IMG/VR virus record: IMGVR_UViG_3300045999_008996
Coordinates: 124,001 to 188,000 of that record
Length of the DNA stretch: 64,000 nt
Strand: one strand, 5' to 3'
Part shown: positions 27,575 to 35,688 of the stretch, in pieces
Layout: the number at the start of each line of letters is the position of its first letter
Position numbering within the stretch: the first letter of the stretch is position 1
Notes under the pieces: generated by a model
The model's input: the letters and a program-made list of their open reading frames with translations, nothing else
Database searches by the model: none
What the model was told of the DNA's origin: nothing
Translations under genes and position numbers: made by a program

Positions 27575-27787
27575 TTACAGTGGATTCTCCTCCGCTTCCT
27601 TAATTAATGAACTCACAATATCTTCTGTGCCGTCCATCGTTTTGATAGCATACAGAGATGATTTTTGATATTTTTTAATTTTTTTATATTGTTTAATAAC
27701 TTGATCAATATTATCCAAATCAATTTGGATATTTAGATCCTTACCAGTTCTTCCTTGGTTTGGATCTCCACCAAATCCTGCACTCAT
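27575..27787 (-). CDS. Hypothetical protein
   Basis: 70-aa coupled ORF. Confidence 0.6.
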   Translation of the reverse strand: MSAGFGGDPNQGRTGKDLNIQIDLDNIDQVIKQYKKIKKYQKSSLYAIKTMDGTEDIVSSLIKEAEENPL

Positions 27788-28122
27788 TTTCTTTTCTTTT
27801 TTTCAGGTTGTTTATATCCCCAAAGTTTTGGATTAGTTCTACCATATCCAAAATCAATCTTTTGAACTGCACCTGGACCATACTTGTCATAATACATATC
27901 AAAAAGATTGACTCGCTTGGAGCAACGAGTTAGATCAACATGTTCTTCACCATCTACTACATACCAAATTAAATATGCATCATTAGGAAGTGAAGAATCT
28001 TTTGCTTTTTCTACAGTAGTTTTTTCAAAAAGAATTTCACATCCATACTCATGTGGCAGAACTTTATTGATTTTAGATTTATTTTCCGCCATTTTCTTTT
28101 TTTCTCCTACTACTGCTGTCAT
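27784..28122 (-). CDS. Conserved cyanophage hypothetical protein
   Basis: LP.DAYL..Y..D..FD.YYD.YG...I..GYG..NPKLWG. Confidence 0.65.
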   Translation of the reverse strand: MTAVVGEKKKMAENKSKINKVLPHEYGCEILFEKTTVEKAKDSSLPNDAYLIWYVVDGEEHVDLTRCSKRVNLFDMYYDKYGPGAVQKIDFGYGRTNPKLWGYKQPEKKKRK

Positions 28123-28688
28123 GAACGACCTCCCCATTGAATGTCAGGATAAGACTCTTTGACATTTTCAAAAGATATTTTGTATTTATCTGCAAGTTTT
28201 TTATCTTTTGTGAGAATTAATACTTCTGCTTCTTTTGGATGAAGACCTCTTAGAAGATTAATAAACATCATTTCTCTGCGAATAGATGTAAGAGAATCGT
28301 TACCACCTTTCACATAATGATAAAGATTCTGCCACTCTTTGCGAAGAGATGTTCTTCCTCTTCCATCAAGATCTTGACCGGTTGCTAGTTCTCCACCATA
28401 TGCTTCCTTCTTCAAATTCTCCGAAAGAGTCCCAGAATATACAGATTGTTCGTCAGCATTTCCATAAGGAACTTCTCCATCAGGAAGAAGAGAAACTACA
28501 CTCTCATCAAAGTTCCAAATAAAAACTGCTTTTAGAGAGTCGTGTTCATATGTCTTAAGAACTTCTACCTTCTTTGCATTGCTTCTTTGCTTTGATGCAA
28601 GTTCTAGAATTTCGAATACAAAAGGATTCGTTGGAAGAGTTTCAATCGGTTTTTCAGTCGTTGTCCTCTTCGTCTTCGTCGTAGTCAT
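28119..28688 (-). CDS. Conserved T4-like hypothetical protein
   Basis: LP.GEVPY..SLRKEW..LY.YV.GGN..RE.MFI.LL.GLHP.EA..L...KDK. Confidence 0.7.
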   Translation of the reverse strand: MTTTKTKRTTTEKPIETLPTNPFVFEILELASKQRSNAKKVEVLKTYEHDSLKAVFIWNFDESVVSLLPDGEVPYGNADEQSVYSGTLSENLKKEAYGGELATGQDLDGRGRTSLRKEWQNLYHYVKGGNDSLTSIRREMMFINLLRGLHPKEAEVLILTKDKKLADKYKISFENVKESYPDIQWGGRS

Positions 28689-28887
28689 AATCGTAATCGT
28701 TTTCAAATCGTACAGATACTATTTCGTCAGGAATAACCTGCCCATTTTCATCAAAGAACTCTGGATGCAAATATGGAGGTCTTGATTCCAGAAGATGCCT
28801 ATAAGTTAACCAACCTATTATACCTCCTACCATAAAAAAGAGCAAGGTGAACATTGTGACAAATGTTACTACATATGCTGTTTCCAT
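28654..28887 (-). CDS. Small membrane protein
   Basis: N-terminal TM helix, HPEFFDENG motif, acidic tail. Confidence 0.65.
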   Translation of the reverse strand: METAYVVTFVTMFTLLFFMVGGIIGWLTYRHLLESRPPYLHPEFFDENGQVIPDEIVSVRFENDYDYDYDEDEEDND

Positions 28888-28905
28888 CTGTTTTCTCCAG
28901 AGAGT

Positions 28906-29130
28906 TTATTTTTTCCTAATATCAAAGTGAAATTCTATAAAAAAGTGAAACTCTCTACGGAAGAGAGAAATCATCTTACCAAACTTCACTTGAAAAGTTT
29001 TTGGTTTTGATTCTCTCCTCCTCTTATTCCTAAGTAATAACTCAACACCCCGATTGATTTGGGGTTCTGACTTATTTAGTTTTCTTTTTCCGCCTTCCTG
29101 GTCGTTTATCATGACTATACTTCCAGGCAT
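28906..29130 (-). CDS. Hypothetical basic protein (start uncertain)
   Basis: ORF from track; contains RGVELLLRN..FQVKFGK. Confidence 0.45.
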   Translation of the reverse strand: MPGSIVMINDQEGGKRKLNKSEPQINRGVELLLRNKRRRESKPKTFQVKFGKMISLFRREFHFFIEFHFDIRKK

Positions 29131-29431
29131 CTTCTAAGATACCATACAGATAATTTCTTATTTTTCTTGCTTGTGGTTTTGGAATATGTCCATAACCTTC
29201 GCGAAGTTGTTTGTGAATTTCATCATTCCCACCTTCAAGATAATCATCTAAATCCATTACAAGATTATTGAGTTCACTGGCAGTAGCACTTTCAATAAAC
29301 TCTTCAACTTCAACTCTTTTCGTTCCACGAACTTTTAGATAATCATAAAACTTCAAAACAAACTGTCCATTAAAAGCATAATCAATTGCTTTTTCAACAT
29401 CAGTATAAACTTCGCGAATGGTGTTTTCCAT
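29072..29431 (-). CDS. Conserved cyanophage hypothetical protein
   Basis: Y.EGG.D..HKQLRE.YGH.PKP.ARKI..YL. Confidence 0.7.
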   Translation of the reverse strand: MENTIREVYTDVEKAIDYAFNGQFVLKFYDYLKVRGTKRVEVEEFIESATASELNNLVMDLDDYLEGGNDEIHKQLREGYGHIPKPQARKIRNYLYGILEDAWKYSHDKRPGRRKKKTK

Positions 29432-29667
29432 TAAACTAGATTTTGCTCCTTAAGGTATTGAACAGTATCGGTGCATCCACCAATATGTTGGTCATTTACA
29501 ATCACTTGAGGAAAAGTTGAACCTTCTCCAAACTCAGCATAAAACTCATCGCGAGTAAAATCAGCATTCAATTTGTAAACTACATGCTGAAGTTGCGCCA
29601 ACTCTAACACTTGTTGGACCTTTGTGCAATATGGGCAACCGTCTTTTGAATAAACTGTAAATTTCAT
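29431..29667 (-). CDS. nrdC: Glutaredoxin
   Basis: CPYC active site, TFPQV, IGGC.D. Confidence 0.92.
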   Translation of the reverse strand: MKFTVYSKDGCPYCTKVQQVLELAQLQHVVYKLNADFTRDEFYAEFGEGSTFPQVIVNDQHIGGCTDTVQYLKEQNLV

Positions 29668-29687
29668 AAGTGTTATAAAACTGAAAG

Positions 29688-29972
29688 TTATTTAGCGTTA
29701 ACTGGAATTCCTTGTCCTTGCGGTAACCACACCTGCTGCTGAAGTTCAATTGGTGGAAGTTCTTCTTTTGCTGCAGGTAAACCTTGTTGTCCAGGAAGTT
29801 GTTTGTCTTGCGTCGCTGTAATTGTAATAATTTGATCCATAATGAACTTTTGCTTTCTATAAGTTCTTTTGTCTGGGTCAAAACCAATTAACATGAGAGC
29901 ATCGTTTTCTTCTCCACAATGTGCAATCACTTTACCTGTGGTCTTATCTGTCACCACCCAATAATCATACAT
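29688..29972 (-). CDS. Hypothetical protein
   Basis: 94-aa ORF, overlap-coupled. Confidence 0.6.
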   Translation of the reverse strand: MYDYWVVTDKTTGKVIAHCGEENDALMLIGFDPDKRTYRKQKFIMDQIITITATQDKQLPGQQGLPAAKEELPPIELQQQVWLPQGQGIPVNAK

Positions 29973-30084
29973 TCTTTTTATTCTTACTTTTAGTAGTATA
30001 GGTTTCTTTTGCTGGTTTGTAAAGTCCAGGCCAAGTATCTCTAATAATTTCTGCGAGTTTGTAAGGTGTTTCTGAAGTTATCAT
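29965..30084 (-). CDS. Small protein (MITSETPYKLAEIIRDTWPGLY..)
   Basis: Manually translated 39-aa ORF in a tightly packed operon. Confidence 0.6.
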   Translation of the reverse strand: MITSETPYKLAEIIRDTWPGLYKPAKETYTTKSKNKKNV

Positions 30085-30085
30085 T

Positions 30086-30247
30086 TCAAGATCTGTTGGG
30101 AACATAATCCATATCTCCTAAGAGTTCTTCTAACATTGCTCCATATTCTTTAAATTTTCTATCTCCTGCAACAAAACATCTTTGACGCATCCAAACAGCA
30201 TCTGCAAGAAGTTTAATCTGGTCTTCTGAAAGTAATAGGTTTTTCAT
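30086..30247 (-). CDS. Small protein (MKNLLLSEDQIKLLADAVWMRQRCF..)
   Basis: Manually translated 53-aa ORF. Confidence 0.55.
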   Translation of the reverse strand: MKNLLLSEDQIKLLADAVWMRQRCFVAGDRKFKEYGAMLEELLGDMDYVPNRS

Positions 30248-30252
30248 AACTG

Positions 30253-30333
30253 TTAGTAATGATAGTGGTCTGTGAGTGATATTAGAACCATAAAGATTCC
30301 AAATGCTATGAATGAGAAGAGGATGAGTAACAT
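30253..30333 (-). CDS. Small hydrophobic peptide (26 aa)
   Basis: MLLILFSFIAFGIFMVLISLTDHYHY. Confidence 0.4.
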   Translation of the reverse strand: MLLILFSFIAFGIFMVLISLTDHYHY

Positions 30334-30800
30334 TTTAGATTTTCTACTAGGAGTTCTAGTTCTTGTAATGATGCATCATTTTTAAGAGTGTTTGCTCTAT
30401 TACTTATGACCCATACATTACCTTTTATGTATCCTTTTGTTGAGTCTATACGGTCTAATGAAGGAGATTTCATAGGAGTTCCTAACAAAGGACAAATATC
30501 TGGAATAACAATATCTTCTTTTGTGATATTAAAATCTAATCCTCTTTGTTTTGCTCTATACTTTGCTCTTGATAACATAGAAGAACGGGCATCCCAACCC
30601 CTCCTTCTATCCCACTTATTTTTCCAACATCCACAAGATTTAACATCTTTCTTTTTTATTACAGATGAATGCCTTACCCATTTTTCTGTTCCACATTCAC
30701 ATCTCACATATAACATTAATTGCTTTCCTTGAGTTTCTTGCTTCAAGACAGAAAGTTTATAAAAAGTTTCTCCAACAACAGATGGTGTTTTTCTTCCCAT
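30306..30800 (-). CDS. Free-standing HNH (His-Me finger) endonuclease
   Basis: N-terminal C.C..C.C module; CPLLG..SLDRIDS.KGY..GNV.VIS..AN..K. Confidence 0.8.
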   Translation of the reverse strand: MGRKTPSVVGETFYKLSVLKQETQGKQLMLYVRCECGTEKWVRHSSVIKKKDVKSCGCWKNKWDRRRGWDARSSMLSRAKYRAKQRGLDFNITKEDIVIPDICPLLGTPMKSPSLDRIDSTKGYIKGNVWVISNRANTLKNDASLQELELLVENLKCYSSSSHS

Positions 30801-30863
30801 TATTTTACCGCAGGTTATAACTATTTATATATTTTAACATTTACAAGAGGCAAAGTCAATAAA

Positions 30864-30884
30864 AAAGACCCTTTCGGGTCTTTG
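30864..30884 (-). terminator. Terminator after psbD
   Basis: AAGACCC-GAAA-GGGTCTT-TTTT, followed by TTGACT-17-TAAAAT and TATAAATA for the HNH gene. Confidence 0.8.
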
Positions 30885-30910
30885 CGTTTCCACAGGGTAT
30901 TATATTTTTA

Positions 30911-31972
30911 TCACAAGGCGTTCCCACGAGGCAACACCTCTTCTGGAAATTCAAATCGTTCGTGAATCTGATCTACAGGTGCCATCCAAGCTCTTAATCC
31001 CTCATTAAGAAGTATATTTTTTGTGTAAAATGTCTCAAATTCCGGGTCTTCTGCTGCACGAATCTCCTGACTTACAAAGTCGTAAGCACGTAGATTAAGA
31101 GCAAGACCGATAATACCAATACTGGAAGTCCAAAGACCCATAACAGGGACGAAAAGCATAAAGAAATGAAGCCAACGCTTATTACTGAAAGCAATACCAA
31201 AGATCTGAGACCAGAATCGGTTTGCAGTAACCATTGAATAGGTTTCTTCTTCTTGAGTAGGTTCAAAAGCCTTGAAAGTGTTTGATTGATCACTGTCTTC
31301 ATAAAGTGTATTCTCTACAGTTGCTCCGTGAATTGCACAGAGCAGTGCTCCTCCCAGTATACCAGCAACTCCCATCATATGGAAGGGGTTGAGAGTCCAG
31401 TTGTGGAAACCCTGAAGGAACAGAAGGAACCTGAAGATTGCTGCCACTCCAAACGAGGGTGCGAAGAACCAACTGGATTGTCCTAGTGGATACATCAGGA
31501 AAACGCTGACGAACACAGCGATAGGACCAGAGAAGGCAATAGCGTTATAAGGACGAATACCAACCAGTCGTGAAATCTCAAACTGACGAAGCATGAATCC
31601 AATCAGGCTGAAAGCCCCGTGGAGCGCCACAAAAGTCCAGAGTCCCCCAAGTTGGCACCACCTGATGAAATCCCCTTGAGACTCAGGACCCCAAAGTAGA
31701 AGAAGAGAATGACCCATAGAATCTGCAGGCGTTGACACAGCTGCCGTAAGGAAATTAGCACCCTCAAGGTAACTAGACGCCAACCCGTGGGTGTACCAGC
31801 TTGTAACAAACGTTGTGCCAGTAAGCCAGCCACCAAGGGCAAGATAAGCAGTGGGAAAAAGTAGTAGTCCAGACCAACCCACAAATACAAAGCGATCTCG
31901 TTTAAGCCAGTCATCCAAGACATCGAACCAACCTCTCTGTGAAATGGGCGGTGAAAGTGTAGAAGAAGTCAT
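30911..31972 (-). CDS. psbD: Photosystem II D2 protein
   Basis: Full-length D2 ([25 protein letters not shown]), no intron. Confidence 0.99.
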   Translation of the reverse strand: MTSSTLSPPISQRGWFDVLDDWLKRDRFVFVGWSGLLLFPTAYLALGGWLTGTTFVTSWYTHGLASSYLEGANFLTAAVSTPADSMGHSLLLLWGPESQGDFIRWCQLGGLWTFVALHGAFSLIGFMLRQFEISRLVGIRPYNAIAFSGPIAVFVSVFLMYPLGQSSWFFAPSFGVAAIFRFLLFLQGFHNWTLNPFHMMGVAGILGGALLCAIHGATVENTLYEDSDQSNTFKAFEPTQEEETYSMVTANRFWSQIFGIAFSNKRWLHFFMLFVPVMGLWTSSIGIIGLALNLRAYDFVSQEIRAAEDPEFETFYTKNILLNEGLRAWMAPVDQIHERFEFPEEVLPRGNAL

Positions 31973-32040
31973 AGCCTCCTATGTGATTTCTCATATTTAT
32001 CTTAACATTGCTTAACAAAAGAGTCAATGAGTGTTTGTGC

Positions 32041-32163
32041 TTATCCCCAATAAATTACTGAAAGAGTGAAGGCGACAAACACAATAACTGTGAAACCCAT
32101 CATACCTACACCTGCCCAGATAATCCAGGATTCCATAGGATGATGTTGATTATTATGAGACAT
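32041..32163 (-). CDS. Small membrane protein (40 aa)
   Basis: MSHNNQHHPMESWIIWAGVGMMGFTVIVFVAFTLSVIYWG. Confidence 0.55.
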   Translation of the reverse strand: MSHNNQHHPMESWIIWAGVGMMGFTVIVFVAFTLSVIYWG

Positions 32164-32167
32164 AATT

Positions 32168-32389
32168 CTACTTACCTTTTAAAGAATCTAACCAAATTTT
32201 TTCTGTAGTGGGTTCACCATCAGAATATGTTTTAACAAATTTTCTACCCAAGAAAAACATCTTTGGACTTCTTCCTGCAACTGGTCCAACATCATCAGCA
32301 GATGAACTAAATCCAGGTTTATCAACAGTGCTTTGTGTTGTCATTCCTTCCTTTAAACATTCCGAAATAAACTGTTTGAAAGTTTTCAT
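32168..32389 (-). CDS. Candidate internal head protein (starts MKTFKQFISE)
   Basis: N-terminus resembles the T4 capsid-targeting sequence; late promoter CTAAATA at 32407-32413. Confidence 0.55.
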   Translation of the reverse strand: MKTFKQFISECLKEGMTTQSTVDKPGFSSSADDVGPVAGRSPKMFFLGRKFVKTYSDGEPTTEKIWLDSLKGK

Positions 32390-32422
32390 TTGTGGTGGTT
32401 TTTAGATATTTAGATTTTTCAC

Positions 32423-32450
32423 AAAAAAAAAGACCTCCAAAGGAGGTCTT
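32423..32450 (-). terminator. Terminator after psbA
   Basis: AAGACCTCC-TTT-GGAGGTCTT followed by a T run. Confidence 0.8.
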
Positions 32451-32469
32451 AAAAACTATTGAGTTTTTA

Positions 32470-33549
32470 TCAACCGATTGCTGGAGCAGTGAGAGCAACA
32501 GGAGTTGCTTCGGCAGCAGCCAGGTCCAGTGGGAAATTATGAGCATTACGCTCGTGCATTACCTCCATTCCCAGTCCAGCACGATTAAGGACATCAGCCC
32601 AGGTGTTAACTACACGACCCTGACTATCAAGCAGAGACTGATTAAAGTTGAAGCCATTCAAATTGAATGCCATCGTGGAAACACCAAGAGCAGTGAACCA
32701 GATGCCGACCACGGGCCAGGCAGCAAGGAAGAAGTGAAGTGAACGAGAGTTGTTGAACGAAGCGTATTGGAAGATTAGACGACCAAAGTAACCGTGAGCA
32801 GCAACAATGTTATAAGTCTCTTCTTCTTGACCAAACTTGTAACCATAGTTCTGTGACTCATTCTCAGTGGTTTCACGAACCAGTGAGGAAGTAACCAGAG
32901 AACCGTGCATCGCACTGAACAGAGAACCACCGAAGACACCAGCAACTCCAAGCATGTGGAAGGGGTGCATCAGGATATTATGTTCTGCCTGAAACACAAG
33001 CATGTAATTGAACGTACCAGAGATACCCAGGGGCATTGCGTCTGAGAAAGAACCTTGACCGAAAGGATAGACTAGGAATACGGCGCTTGCAGCAGCAACA
33101 GGTGCAGAGTAAGCAACGCAAATCCAGGGACGCATACCTAGGCGGTAAGAAAGTTCCCATTCACGACCCATGTAAGCATAGATGCCAATTAGAAAGTGGA
33201 ATACGACCAGTTGGAAAGGTCCTCCGTTATATAGCCACTCATCAAGTGAAGCGGCTTCCCAGATGGGGTAAAAGTGCAGTCCAATTGCGTTGGAAGAAGG
33301 AATCACAGCACCAGAGATGATGTTGTTTCCATACATGAGTGAACCAGCAACAGGTTCACGAATACCATCAATGTCCACGGGGGGAGCACCGATGAATGCG
33401 ATGATGAAGCAAGTGGTTGCTGCGAGCAATGTTGGAATCATCAAGGTTCCAAAATTGCCGATGTATATACGATTATCGGTAGAAGTAACCCAGTTGAGAT
33501 ACTTTTCCCAAAGATTTTCTTGTTGTTTTACTGAAATTGTAGCAGTCAT
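32470..33549 (-). CDS. psbA: Photosystem II D1 protein
   Basis: Full D1 from MTATIS to HNFPLDLA plus C-terminal extension; no intron; start re-assigned to 33549. Confidence 0.99.
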   Translation of the reverse strand: MTATISVKQQENLWEKYLNWVTSTDNRIYIGNFGTLMIPTLLAATTCFIIAFIGAPPVDIDGIREPVAGSLMYGNNIISGAVIPSSNAIGLHFYPIWEAASLDEWLYNGGPFQLVVFHFLIGIYAYMGREWELSYRLGMRPWICVAYSAPVAAASAVFLVYPFGQGSFSDAMPLGISGTFNYMLVFQAEHNILMHPFHMLGVAGVFGGSLFSAMHGSLVTSSLVRETTENESQNYGYKFGQEEETYNIVAAHGYFGRLIFQYASFNNSRSLHFFLAAWPVVGIWFTALGVSTMAFNLNGFNFNQSLLDSQGRVVNTWADVLNRAGLGMEVMHERNAHNFPLDLAAAEATPVALTAPAIG

Positions 33550-33570
33550 TTTTTTAAGAGAGTTAGTTAA

Positions 33571-33670
33571 GAGTTCGGGGGAACGAACTGATACAATTAT
33601 GCTCTGCGACACCCTCCATCGCAGATATGAAGGACGGATTTTACTTGCCCATTAGTCCTGGTGGGGCAAG
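33571..33670 (-). ncRNA. Structured psbA leader of PhotoRC-II type
   Basis: TTGCCC..AGGACT..GGGCAA hairpin whose loop is complementary to downstream GTCCT (pseudoknot), then TCTGCGA..TCGCAGA and GTTCG..CGAAC hairpins. Confidence 0.6.
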
Positions 33671-33713
33671 GTGTTTATGAGATTTGTTTATAAAACTTAA
33701 CAAACCTCATTAC

Positions 33714-33748
33714 CTATTTAGTATAGGGCATCACTCAATTTTCGTCAA
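33714..33748 (-). promoter_or_regulatory. psbA sigma70 promoter plus adjacent late promoter
   Basis: TTGACG-17-TATACT immediately followed by TAAATA; the -35 box lies in the last codons of the HNH gene. Confidence 0.75.
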
Positions 33749-34370
33749 GTCCTTCTGGGGTCTTTTTTCTGGACCACTTGTGAAACTGGCAGTGCTTCTT
33801 CATACTCTCACTTCTTTTCTTATTACTTTCTTCACTAAAAACTTGTTGTGCTCTTTTATCTCTTATTTTCTGTTTACTCTCTTCACTATGATTTTTATTT
33901 TCACACCCTTTCTTTGGTCCTGGTTTGAGGTGTAGTTCATACCCAAATTTTGAACACTCCCGAATAGCCCTTTTAATTTGATGTTCTTTTAGTCCCAGCA
34001 AATCAGCAACTTCTTTTCTACTCATACCAGATTGTCTATATTTAAGAATAGAAAGTTCTTGCTGTGTTGGTTCTGTTTTTTTAGGTGGTCCTCCACCAAC
34101 TCTTACACCTTTCTTATTTTCAGTTCCATTTTTCTTTCTTGTTTCATATCCTTTTCTTGCCCACAAGACACTTTCATTTTCGTGGACTTCTGCGTGAAGT
34201 GCTGGATGATAAACATATAAGTGCTCTGGAATGTTTCTACCACCTTCACATCTTGGTGGATTATGGTGAACATCCATATCTTTCATTTGCTCATCAGTAA
34301 GTCCATAGTGCTGTTGAGCAACTTTACGATAGTTATGTTTATCAGTAGAGAGAACAATAGCAGAGCACAT
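33735..34370 (-). CDS. HNH homing endonuclease with HTH and NUMOD3 DNA-binding modules
   Basis: DVHHNPPRCEGGRNIPEHL..LHAEVH nuclease motif; MSRKEVADLLGL HTH; HSEESKQKIR NUMOD3. Confidence 0.8.
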   Translation of the reverse strand: MCSAIVLSTDKHNYRKVAQQHYGLTDEQMKDMDVHHNPPRCEGGRNIPEHLYVYHPALHAEVHENESVLWARKGYETRKKNGTENKKGVRVGGGPPKKTEPTQQELSILKYRQSGMSRKEVADLLGLKEHQIKRAIRECSKFGYELHLKPGPKKGCENKNHSEESKQKIRDKRAQQVFSEESNKKRSESMKKHCQFHKWSRKKTPEGLDEN

Positions 34371-34374
34371 AAAA

Positions 34375-34412
34375 AACTCCAAACCTACTATTATTTAGGT
34401 AGGTTTGGAGTT
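34375..34412 (-). promoter_or_regulatory. RBS-sequestering hairpin enclosing a late promoter
   Basis: 14-bp perfect inverted repeat AACTCCAAACCTAC/GTAGGTTTGGAGTT; loop CTAAATAATA; GGAG in the 3' arm. Confidence 0.85.
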
Positions 34413-34444
34413 GTAATGAAGTTTATGTTAGTATTTCGTAATAA

Positions 34445-34804
34445 TCAACCAATAATACTATCTCTCCACTCTTCACTCATATTCACCATAATTGCTTCTG
34501 CTGCTTCTGTTGTTTCAGCATATCCTTCGTCAAGAAGATGTGAGAGGATGATGTCGTAAATATCTACTTGTTCTTTTTGAGTTCCTTTTTTGCGTGGATG
34601 CTTTTTAAGAAACTCTTGTGCTTGGGATGCTTTTTTTCGTTTTTGAGAAGCACTTCTAAACCTTTCTAGGTTCGCATCAATATCTCTATTAAATTTGTTT
34701 ACCCTTTCTTCATAATCATCTTGTTTTTTAAAACCACCCAAACCCTCATTCATAACAACTTCCATATATGCTTCTTGAAGACTACGAAAATTTTGTGCGT
34801 CCAT
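34445..34804 (-). CDS. Late hypothetical protein (MDAQNFRSLQEAY..; candidate internal head protein)
   Basis: Start re-assigned to 34804 downstream of TATAAATA (34824-34831); C-terminal YDIILSHLLDEGYA..A.AIM.NMSEEW module. Confidence 0.65.
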   Translation of the reverse strand: MDAQNFRSLQEAYMEVVMNEGLGGFKKQDDYEERVNKFNRDIDANLERFRSASQKRKKASQAQEFLKKHPRKKGTQKEQVDIYDIILSHLLDEGYAETTEAAEAIMVNMSEEWRDSIIG

Positions 34805-34870
34805 TCTACTAATACTTTTTAGATATTTATATTTTTTCATAAATATCATTGTATCATTTGGGACAGTGCA

Positions 34871-34984
34871 GTGGCAAAGTCTGCAAACAAAGGCAAGAAG
34901 GGTTCCGCTGGCGGTAAGCAATCTAAACAAAATCAAGGTAATGCGACTGCGAAAAAGGCAAAGAACGGCGGCAAGAAGAAGTGA
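34871..34984 (+). CDS. Small Lys/Gly-rich basic protein (37 aa, GTG start)
   Basis: MAKSANKGKKGSAGGKQSKQNQGNATAKKAKNGGKKK; late promoter CATAAATA at 34838-34845. Confidence 0.6.
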   Translation: MAKSANKGKKGSAGGKQSKQNQGNATAKKAKNGGKKK

Positions 34985-34987
34985 TAT

Positions 34988-35179
34988 ATGCCACGCGAAT
35001 GGAATACTCCCAAGCGTGAGCGATGGAACGCACCAATACATAATATTCTAAAAGCAATTGATAATCACACTCAAGAATACTTCAAGAGTGGTGATGTTTG
35101 GCATCTAGAAAAAGCAGATATGTTAAGGAAATATCTTCACGAACTTAAGACCTGGATACATAAACAAGAAGGAAGATGA
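34988..35179 (+). CDS. Hypothetical protein
   Basis: 63-aa ORF in the + strand late operon. Confidence 0.65.
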   Translation: MPREWNTPKRERWNAPIHNILKAIDNHTQEYFKSGDVWHLEKADMLRKYLHELKTWIHKQEGR

Positions 35180-35295
35180 ATGAAATAGTTTGGTCAGTGA
35201 ATATTATGCTCGCTATTGGAATGATTGGAGTTGCTTGGATAATTTATAAAATTTTACTTTTTGCAAATCAAGAAAATGAAAGCGATCATAGTTGA
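35176..35295 (+). CDS. Small membrane protein (39 aa)
   Basis: MNEIVWSVNIMLAIGMIGVAWIIYKILLF..; ATGA coupling. Confidence 0.5.
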   Translation: MNEIVWSVNIMLAIGMIGVAWIIYKILLFANQENESDHS

Positions 35296-35431
35296 GTTTT
35301 TAATTCTTGCTCGTCTTTTAACTCATGATTGGATAATGCTTGAGAATAGAAGACCTATTCCTAAAAGACAACCACCAGAAATAATTCGTTTTATTCGTAG
35401 ACCTGCTAAAAGAGGTAGAAAACTAAAATGA
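35276..35431 (+). CDS. Small basic protein (51 aa)
   Basis: MKAIIVEFLILARLL..RRPAKRGRKLK; coupled to the next gene. Confidence 0.45.
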   Translation: MKAIIVEFLILARLLTHDWIMLENRRPIPKRQPPEIIRFIRRPAKRGRKLK

Positions 35432-35688
35432 AAAATATCAGTTCATTCACAGCAATTAGGTTAATAATTCTTGGATGGTCTGCTACTTTATTGACACTAA
35501 ACTATATGGATTACTTAAAAAAAATGGATGCTACTTTCATAGCATCCGTATTTACTTCTGCACTAGCAACTTTTGGAGTTGATGCAGCTAACAAAAAATC
35601 AAAGACCAGCCTTGATAAATCTGTAGATTGTGATGCCTGCAGATCCAAGAGTAGCAAAGAGAGCACCCAAACTACTGAAGAAACCTGA
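35428..35688 (+). CDS. Two-helix membrane protein (holin candidate)
   Basis: Two hydrophobic segments and a charged C-tail; converges on the lysozyme operon. Confidence 0.5.
   Translation: MKNISSFTAIRLIILGWSATLLTLNYMDYLKKMDATFIASVFTSALATFGVDAANKKSKTSLDKSVDCDACRSKSSKESTQTTEET

Noticed and set aside
29040-29130. Frameshift joining 29072..29431 to 28906..29130 at G AAA AAG
   Set aside because: The downstream ORF is in the +1 frame, not the -1 frame that this motif would reach, and no stimulator is evident
30911-33549. Group I introns in psbA or psbD
   Set aside because: Both frames are continuous and full length; the endonucleases are free-standing
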